Assembly (NCBI GenBank): GCA_963675595.2
Contig: CAXXLZ010000002.1
Span: 1,568,001 to 1,632,000 of the forward strand
Length of the DNA stretch: 64,000 nucleotides
From: Thermodesulfobacteriota bacterium
GTDB lineage: Bacteria > Desulfobacterota > Desulfarculia > JACQYL01
Direction of reading: 5' to 3'
Below the pieces are notes generated by a model. The model was given only the letters and a program-made list of their open reading frames with translations. It was not told the DNA's origin and searched no databases. This document shows positions 57,134 to 64,000 of the stretch, in pieces; within the stretch, counting starts at the first letter, position 1, and the number at the start of each line of letters is the position of its first letter. Both the position numbers and the translations under genes were made by a program.

Positions 57134-59035
57134 ATGAAGTTCGGTCTCAAAACAAAATTTCTTGTACCCGTAATTTCACTAATTATCATTGGGATGGGAA
57201 TTTCGGCATCGATTTCCTATTTCAGAGCTAGGACCGCCCTTCAAGAGGCTTTTAACGGTCAAATGAATCAACTCGTCGACTCAACCCTCAAGTTCGCCGA
57301 ATCCTGGGCGAAAGACAGAAAATCCGACATCAACCTCTTGAGCCAACAAAACATATTCAATACGGCGCTGAAAGATTCATTTGTAGGCAAAGCGGCGAGG
57401 AAGTCGGCGGGCATTTGGCTGAGACAATACAAGGAGGGGTATCAATACTACGAAAATATCTACCTAGCCGATGCCACGGGTGAGATCATTGCTGCTTCGG
57501 CCGAAGATTCAATGACTAATATGAATGTCAAGGATCAGTTGTATTTCCAGAAAGCAATGAAAGGAGATTTCGTAACTTCAGAAGTGTTTGAAAGCCCACA
57601 AACCGGAAACCCGATCCTTGTGATTGCGGCTCCAGTGAAAGAAGGCGAATTGGTTTCCGGCACAGTATTCGGTTTTCTGGACGTCAACTATTTCAGCAAA
57701 CTGTTCGTGGATCCCATTAAAGTGGGAACCACGGGTTACGCATATATTTGTCGAAAAGATGGAATGATCATCGCTCATCCGGACAAAGGTCATATTCTGG
57801 AATTAAACTTAACAGATTTTAATTTCGGTCGTGACATGATGAAATCTGGAAGCGGTCTTATGGTGTACAATTTTGAAGAAGTCGAACAGATTGTAGCTTT
57901 CACAGAATTAGAATCATTGGGATGGATCATTGCTGTTGGTGCGGTCGCGGACGAACTATTCTCTCCGGTAAAATCCCTAAGCTACACGAATGCACTGGTT
58001 GCCCTTTCCGTAGTAGCGCTGGCGGTTTTTTCGATCCTCCTGATCGTTCAATCTATCGTTAAACCTATTAACGGGATGGTATCGGACTTAAATGAGGCGT
58101 CCGAGCAAGTATCCTCCGGCGCGGCCCAAGTATCGAGATCAAGTCATGAACTCGCTGAGGGAGCATCTGATCAGGCGGCGTCCATAGAGGAGACCTCTTC
58201 GTCTCTTGAAGAAATGTCGTCCATGACCAGGCAAAACGCTGAGAACTCGAAACAGGCTGATAACCTTATGACGGAAGTAAAGCAGATTGTCGGTGAAGCG
58301 AATGAATCCATGGGCAGACTGACCGCCTCTATGGATGAGATATTCAGAGCCAGCGAAGAAACATCCAGGATCATAAGAAGTATTGATGAAATCGCCTTTC
58401 AGACCAACTTGTTGGCGTTGAACGCGGCGGTGGAGGCTGCGAGAGCGGGTGAGGCCGGGGCTGGTTTCGCAGTGGTTGCCGATGAGGTAAGAAACCTTGC
58501 CATGAGGTCCACGGAAGCGGCAAAAAACACCGCTGCCCTAATCGAGGGTACAAGGAAGAAAGTAAAAGAAGGTTCGGCATTGGTGAACAGCACCAACGAA
58601 GCTTTTTCCAGGGTGGCTGACGGCTCCGGACGAGTGGCGGCATTGGTGGGCGAAATTGCAGCCGCATCCAATGAACAGGCTCAAGGGATAGAGCAAATCA
58701 ATAAGGCGGTAACCGAAATGGACAGAATCGTTCAAAGAACGGCCGCCAATGCGGAAGAGTCCGCTTCAGCATCCGAACAAATGAATGCTCAAGCAAGGCA
58801 GATGACAACCGTTGTGGATGAACTCGTGATTTTAGTCGGTACGAAGGAAAATCATAAGAAGCCGGATAGAAAAGAAAAGCTTGGTCATGAACATACTCAG
58901 AAGATGGACAAGGTATATCGAGTCGTTTCCCCGGTTGAAGGACGAAAGAAGATAGACGAGGTTGTAGCTCCGAAGCCCAAAAAAGTGTCGTCTGAAAAGC
59001 TGATCTCTCTGAACGAGGATTCCCAAAGAAAATAG
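57134..59035 (+). CDS. Methyl-accepting chemotaxis protein with a dCache-type sensor domain
   Basis: Two TM segments; YFQKA and GYAYI...IIAHP Cache motifs; [34 protein letters not shown] signalling hairpin. Confidence 0.95.
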   Translation: MKFGLKTKFLVPVISLIIIGMGISASISYFRARTALQEAFNGQMNQLVDSTLKFAESWAKDRKSDINLLSQQNIFNTALKDSFVGKAARKSAGIWLRQYKEGYQYYENIYLADATGEIIAASAEDSMTNMNVKDQLYFQKAMKGDFVTSEVFESPQTGNPILVIAAPVKEGELVSGTVFGFLDVNYFSKLFVDPIKVGTTGYAYICRKDGMIIAHPDKGHILELNLTDFNFGRDMMKSGSGLMVYNFEEVEQIVAFTELESLGWIIAVGAVADELFSPVKSLSYTNALVALSVVALAVFSILLIVQSIVKPINGMVSDLNEASEQVSSGAAQVSRSSHELAEGASDQAASIEETSSSLEEMSSMTRQNAENSKQADNLMTEVKQIVGEANESMGRLTASMDEIFRASEETSRIIRSIDEIAFQTNLLALNAAVEAARAGEAGAGFAVVADEVRNLAMRSTEAAKNTAALIEGTRKKVKEGSALVNSTNEAFSRVADGSGRVAALVGEIAAASNEQAQGIEQINKAVTEMDRIVQRTAANAEESASASEQMNAQARQMTTVVDELVILVGTKENHKKPDRKEKLGHEHTQKMDKVYRVVSPVEGRKKIDEVVAPKPKKVSSEKLISLNEDSQRK

Positions 59036-59042
59036 ACTTCAG

Positions 59043-59299
59043 GGTGCAAGTTGAACCTTGACCAAGCGGATGTGCTTATCGCTCTTCTGGACGGCCCGCA
59101 GGTTGACGACGGAACAGCCTGGGAGATCGGCTACTTCTTTTCGATCAGGGAGCGGTCAAGAATTATCGGGATCAGGACTGATGTCCGGAACGCCGGAGAG
59201 TCCAGTAACTCCGTTGTCAATGCGATGATCGAAATGTCCTGTGGGCGGGTTGTCCGGTCGGTGGAGGAGCTTCTGGAGACGCTGTCGGCAATGATCTGA
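59043..59299 (+). pseudogene. C-terminal half of a nucleoside 2-deoxyribosyltransferase-family gene
   Basis: DGPQVDDGTAWEIGY...GIRTD.R..GE....VNAMI; begins 8 nt after the MCP stop; N-terminal YLAGP half missing. Confidence 0.85.
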
Positions 59300-59787
59300 T
59301 AAGATGTTTTTTTTCCGAATAAGCCCGGAATCCGCTTCCAGCATTCACCCTTTTTCTCCTCCTCCGGGCTCCTGCCAACAGGATTTCGCCATATATGGAC
59401 AGATTCAGAGCTCTCCCCTGGGATAATCCTTTAACCCTGTCAGCCGCAGCGCCCGAATGAATTCACTGGTGCACTCTCCCCTTCTGACTTCAGCCTTCTT
59501 TGTCTCAGCATCCCTGGATGCTCGGCCATTGTCTGTTGGCGGTTTTAGTCTTGCATACACGGCGACAGTTGAGAAAAACCGGCAGGAGGGGTATTGTCGA
59601 AAGCCATGTGAAAAGGATTCTAAACAGGTTCGGCCCCACCGTTTTGGAGATATTGAGCGGCTCGAGTCCTTTCAATTCCTCATGCCTGCGCAAGAACCTC
59701 GAAGAGATCGGCAAGAAAGCGTTGCTTTGCCTCTGTTTGAGAAAGGTGCCACATAAATTAGGGTTAGACCGTTAAGGATCAAGGAAG

Positions 59788-60459
59788 ATGGAATTATTCT
59801 CACTTGATGATGACTTCAAGCGATACCAACGATTACGCCAAGTCGGCTTTGCAATAAATGCTACCCTGACCAAACAAATTCCCAAGCCTGCCGTCCTCAA
59901 GTACGCCAAAAAACTTGGCATGATCAATAGAAAGACGATCGTTTTTCAGAACGAAACGGAACTTGATATCCTCACTGACTACATCCTTTACAATCATCGC
60001 CCCAAGGGAAAGAATTTGGTCGAACGGTACCTTGAATCTATTGATCTGCCACCATTTTCCGATGAGATGACCGTCCTCCAGGGAATGGTCAATTCTCGTT
60101 ACTCAGTTTTCTTCGCTGAAAGGGTCCTGAAAGGTAAGGGATTGGAACTTACCGACGTCTTGAAGCGGGACACCTTAGCTCTTATGGACAAGAACCTGGG
60201 GATGAGCCATGTAGAAGGTGCTATTTTTGCAGGCAGGGTTATTCCGTTGAGGAATTTCTACATGACTTCAGGGGCATTTCTTCCAGTTGATTCAGATATT
60301 TTTGAACACCATATTGTCCCGGATTTAATTGCAATCGCGGGGAAAGCAGACAATCAGGTTGAAGTGTCGTTGACCAAAGGACAGGTAGCTTCCTTCTCAG
60401 CAAAGATTATCCGATTGATTCTTAAATCGGACTTAATGGAACGAACGGTTTTTCAATGA
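59788..60459 (+). CDS. Hypothetical protein
   Basis: 223-aa ORF with an AAGGAAG RBS and protein-like composition; no family confidently recognised. Confidence 0.75.
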   Translation: MELFSLDDDFKRYQRLRQVGFAINATLTKQIPKPAVLKYAKKLGMINRKTIVFQNETELDILTDYILYNHRPKGKNLVERYLESIDLPPFSDEMTVLQGMVNSRYSVFFAERVLKGKGLELTDVLKRDTLALMDKNLGMSHVEGAIFAGRVIPLRNFYMTSGAFLPVDSDIFEHHIVPDLIAIAGKADNQVEVSLTKGQVASFSAKIIRLILKSDLMERTVFQ

Positions 60460-60661
60460 TCCACACAAAGCCTTTGTTCCAAAGGGATGTCAAGGATGGG
60501 ATCAAGCAGGAGGAAGAATACTCCTCTCTGGGACAAGATCGGCTTTCATCGGTTTGAGGCCACCTGTAAAGTGGAAAGTGAAATGGGGACCACCCGTGGC
60601 AAAGCTTCTGATAGAGGTCATCGCATACAACTTTGCCCACATGGCCAGGCATTGCAAGTGA

Positions 60662-60868
60662 TTATCCTGCGAACAACTTTTCGACCAAAGCTTCGGCCTC
60701 TGCCTCGATCTTCAGATCATTCAAATGCTCCAGCGGTACCACCGAGATAACTTCCTCGTACTTTTCTCTGGAGAGACCAGTGCCTTTCCAGGGCTTACTG
60801 GTGAGGTATTGCTTCTTTGTGATGCCGAGGCGTTGCCATGGCTTGAGGCGCTGTCTGGTATAGTCCAT
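60662..60868 (-). CDS. Small hypothetical protein with a duplicated KPW..G(I/L)(T/S)..Y motif
   Basis: KPWQRLGITKKQY and KPWKGTGLSREKY in tandem. Confidence 0.55.
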   Translation of the reverse strand: MDYTRQRLKPWQRLGITKKQYLTSKPWKGTGLSREKYEEVISVVPLEHLNDLKIEAEAEALVEKLFAG

Positions 60869-61196
60869 GCTGCTGATTTTAGCATATTACCTTTCGGGAT
60901 CAAATCATAGAAGCTCTGGCGAAGGATAGGATTGGCCTATCGACATGGCGTCAGCGACGAGTAACTACCGTTTTCTTCACGGCTAAAGGCATAAATGGGA
61001 TTCGGCTCCATCGCCGAAAGCCCTATTTAAGCCTTTCCCCTCTTCAAGGGTCGCCTGAAAACAACTTCCATCCGTTTGTCGGATCGGTTTAGCAGGTTTG
61101 GTCTTGCCGCCTTCCTTGAGGCAGACCTCCACTCTCTCGGTGAATCCACAGCCGAGAGAGTCCGGTCAATGAATCGGACCCCGGGAGGAAGGCATC

Positions 61197-61751
61197 ATGA
61201 AACAAGAACAAGTTGTTGTTGAATATGGCGTACTCGACGCGCCGGTACCCGCAGGACTGAAGATTTTACGAAACAGCGATCCTTGGCTTAGATACAGCGA
61301 CGACGAAAAGGATGAGGCGCTGGAATTCATCGCCTGGTATGTGCAATCCGAGCACGCGCCCCTCATGAGAATACCCGAGGCCTCATACGAGAGTGCATGG
61401 TTCGACTGGTCCGATCCGGAGAGCGCGTTCAATACCTGGGACTTCGAGCGAGTCTGCGGAAAATTCGAGGTAGACAAACGGCGATACAGGATCGGCAAAG
61501 TGCTCGAGCACATCCGGGACCTGGCGATCATGCACAGCTGCCTTTCGAATGATGACGGCAGGCGAAACACGCTCGCACGAGCCAGTATCCTTATCGAGGA
61601 CGAGTTCATGGGCCCGGCAGTGGAGCACATGAGACGCTCCCAAGTAAGTCGTGATCGAGAGCAGGCTTTCGAGCATCGCCGCAAGGCAAGGGAGCTTGTC
61701 GGGCTGGTCGAGAAAGCGTCGGAGATTTGGCAGGGGCTACAAGGCCCCTGA
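61197..61751 (+). CDS. Hypothetical protein
   Basis: 184-aa ORF with a GGAGG RBS behind a structured leader. Confidence 0.75.
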   Translation: MKQEQVVVEYGVLDAPVPAGLKILRNSDPWLRYSDDEKDEALEFIAWYVQSEHAPLMRIPEASYESAWFDWSDPESAFNTWDFERVCGKFEVDKRRYRIGKVLEHIRDLAIMHSCLSNDDGRRNTLARASILIEDEFMGPAVEHMRRSQVSRDREQAFEHRRKARELVGLVEKASEIWQGLQGP

Positions 61752-61925
61752 TTCGCTTCAGAACGTCGTTTCATTGCAGAGCGGCCATGGAGTCGTTCGA
61801 TGGTTGCTCTCCCCTATGCGCTCTGCGTATGGAGGGTTAAGGACGGCTCCTTAATAAGCTTTGCGGCTGGATGTCCTGTGCGTGGGTCAATGTGGGTGCT
61901 TCTTTGATGGCCGTGCTTTTGGTAA

Positions 61926-62321
61926 TTGTCGTCTGCAATTTGGTCGAGGAGCAGGAATTGCGTCGAGCGTTTTCGAAAAGTGCGATCATCTGACATTCAG
62001 CTACGGCAATGGCTGAGTAATGCGGCCATATACGGATCGTATCTGTACGAGCCGGGCATGGCGCTCCTCAATGTGCCTGGAAGGTTTGATGTGAAGCTGA
62101 GGCCGGGGTCGGTAGTATTTCTTCATCCGATGAAGAAAACTTTGCTTGAGCATGCGATCTATCCGGCGGATCATTGCACGCCTTTTTGGAAGTTGCCGGT
62201 GGATGGGACCTGCTATTTCCACATGGAGTGTCCGGCGGCCGAGAAGTATGTCCTCTTTCTTACATTGAAACGATTCGAGGAAGTGATCGGTTTTGGACTT
62301 CCGGATGAGCCGGATTCATAG
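61926..62321 (+). CDS. Hypothetical protein (start uncertain)
   Basis: 131-aa open frame with a protein-like C-terminal two thirds; weak start signal. Confidence 0.4.
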   Translation: MSSAIWSRSRNCVERFRKVRSSDIQLRQWLSNAAIYGSYLYEPGMALLNVPGRFDVKLRPGSVVFLHPMKKTLLEHAIYPADHCTPFWKLPVDGTCYFHMECPAAEKYVLFLTLKRFEEVIGFGLPDEPDS

Positions 62322-62848
62322 GATTACGAGATCGTAACTCTGTGGGTCGGAGGGGACAGCCGATGGAACGTTCCGGGCTTCGAGATCAGGGAGGTTTGAG
62401 CAGTGGTTTGAACCCTGTCGGGTTCTGGTGAGTCGGGTTCTAACGAACCCAACGCTCCTTAGCCTTTCGGGCGGGGCCCGCCTTCGGCGGGTGGCTGATG
62501 TTGATGGTGATGGTGATGGTGGTCGTGGAAGGTGTGGTTTGGTGTGGTTTGGTGTGGTTCATGGTTTAGGGGGCGCGTTGGTGAGGGCTTCGAGTCAAGA
62601 ATTCTGATGTGATGGTTTTTTGTTGATTTGGATCGAAAGACGGTGGTTTTGAAAGAAGTCGAGTTTATTTGCCGAGAGATGGTTTCAGAAAAGTTTATCC
62701 TTGTTTGGAAGAGTTTATTCCCTGGTTTGGTATGGAGTAAAACCCTCCGATTTCTCCTTTCATCCCGACGTTTCAGAGGGCTCACGTTGGAAAAAAGAGA
62801 GACCGCAAAACGGTCTCTCTCTCGTTTGGGGTTCCGGGTAAATCAGGA

Positions 62849-63949
62849 TCAGCCGTTGGACCAGAAGTCGAAATTATCGACTCCGACATCCCTGAGGCCC
62901 AGTTTTGAGGCCAGGGTTTTGACTTCGTTGATTTCCGATGCCGTCGGCCGCCTTCGAAGATCCGGATCGCGGTGGGCTTCGTGTTCCGGAACGTATTGTT
63001 CCAGCACGCTCAACCGGATATTGGCCTTGTACTCGGCCAGGAGCTTGAGCGCCGGTTTGAGGCAGCACTCCACGTGACCGGGCAGGACCAGAGTCCGGAC
63101 AATAGTCCGGACATCGGATCCGCACATGGCATCAAGGCCGATTCTTGCGTACTTCATGTAATCTGCGACTTTGCTCAACCGCCGGGCGCAGTCGTCGTTG
63201 CCGTATCGGAGGTCCGACAACCAGACGTCGGTTATTTCGTTGGCCAAACGATAGAACATCTCGGTTCCGTACAAATGCGAGTTCATGACCACCGGGAGAT
63301 TGAAGTCCTGCGGTGCCTTGAATAGCAGCGCCAGGATGCCGTGGATGGACTCGGTGGGATTGGTAAACTCCAGAGAGTTGGCTTTGACTCCGAGAGTGCG
63401 AAGTTCGGCCACCTTTGGCCAAAAGGCTGCGGGATCGATTTCAGGGTGAGATTGAGGCTGAAGGAGTTCAGGATTGATGCAGTAGCAGCAGCGCATGGCG
63501 CAGCCTGCCAAGTTGACCACGATGGCTGAGTTGATCACCGTTTCTTCGGCGATGTGGACAAAGGGTTCCGTCTGATGGACCTTTGCTCCCAGACCGCACA
63601 GGCCCTGCTTGCGGTACCGGTTGACGCCGCAGTCATGACCGCACAAGCGGCAGTCGCTCAAGAGTCGAAGGCCGGTCGCATGAAGCACGTCAAGTCGGGA
63701 GTACATTGTTCCATTTTCCGTGTTGTGGTCAGCATCAAGATCGAGATCGCTCAAATCCAGCTCCAGGAAAGACTTTTCGCTTCTGATGAAGGGCTTCCGC
63801 TGTTTCTGGAATCTGGGGATGAAGTCGTTTTTCGGTGGCACGGATTCCACACGGAAACCGGGGTCCATGGAGGAAAGGAAAGGGATCATTCCCGGTCCCG
63901 GGTCGTGAAAGATGAGTTGACCGTCGGCGGTCTGGTAGATTCGATTCAT
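62849..63949 (-). CDS. PflX-like radical SAM protein
   Basis: CRLCGHDCGVNR...GLCG N-terminal Cys cluster; CAMRCCYC; D.RYGN..CA; R.LVLPGH..CC; QYVP; GGAGG RBS. Confidence 0.88.
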   Translation of the reverse strand: MNRIYQTADGQLIFHDPGPGMIPFLSSMDPGFRVESVPPKNDFIPRFQKQRKPFIRSEKSFLELDLSDLDLDADHNTENGTMYSRLDVLHATGLRLLSDCRLCGHDCGVNRYRKQGLCGLGAKVHQTEPFVHIAEETVINSAIVVNLAGCAMRCCYCINPELLQPQSHPEIDPAAFWPKVAELRTLGVKANSLEFTNPTESIHGILALLFKAPQDFNLPVVMNSHLYGTEMFYRLANEITDVWLSDLRYGNDDCARRLSKVADYMKYARIGLDAMCGSDVRTIVRTLVLPGHVECCLKPALKLLAEYKANIRLSVLEQYVPEHEAHRDPDLRRRPTASEINEVKTLASKLGLRDVGVDNFDFWSNG

Positions 63950-64000
63950 CTCTACCTCCTTACATAGACGAGTTCAGGTTCCCGCAGTTTTGCCGCTGTG

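Larger units (their letters stand above)
50721..64000. mobile_element. Second tandem island at the same tRNA site (partial; runs off the window)
   Basis: No tRNA 5' half after 50720; own tandem repeat TGACACACCAAA x2 (50837-50860) and IHF box (50759-50771); shares two backbone genes with island 1. Confidence 0.7.

Overview
This is accessory DNA from a GC-rich bacterium. A Desulfobacterota-like host is inferred from the MCP style and sigma-54-like promoters, not proven. Two identical 45-bp copies of the 3' half of tRNA-Arg(ACG) (3114-3158 and 50676-50720) bracket a complete ~47.6-kb integrative element. Its backbone is a tyrosine integrase with arm-type repeats and IHF boxes, a small excisionase-like gene, a CHC2-TOPRIM-AAA primase-helicase and an iteron origin. 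No capsid or conjugation genes were recognised. The ~39-kb cargo has two convergent units. One is a 1849-aa secreted gingipain-family (C25) protease with five Ig-like and four F-type-lectin-like repeats. The other is a ~31-kb operon led by a NusG/RfaH paralogue, encoding five cobalamin-dependent radical SAM enzymes (one fused to a second radical SAM/SPASM domain), seven soluble glycosyltransferases, a GT-C-like membrane protein, four SAM methyltransferases, GDP-fucose synthase, a CMP-sugar synthetase, AsnB, a sulfotransferase, a deacetylase, a nucleotidyltransferase and a phosphodiesterase. A second, related island begins at 50721 and runs off the window, carrying two IS elements, a binding-protein/MCP pair and a PflX-like radical SAM gene. 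Left of the first att site, a pentapeptide-repeat gene is cleanly split by an IS21 element. The best candidate for an undescribed system is the mobile multi-B12-radical-SAM glycan-tailoring operon paired with the lectin-bearing C25 protease. All family calls come from motif recognition by eye; no database searches were run.
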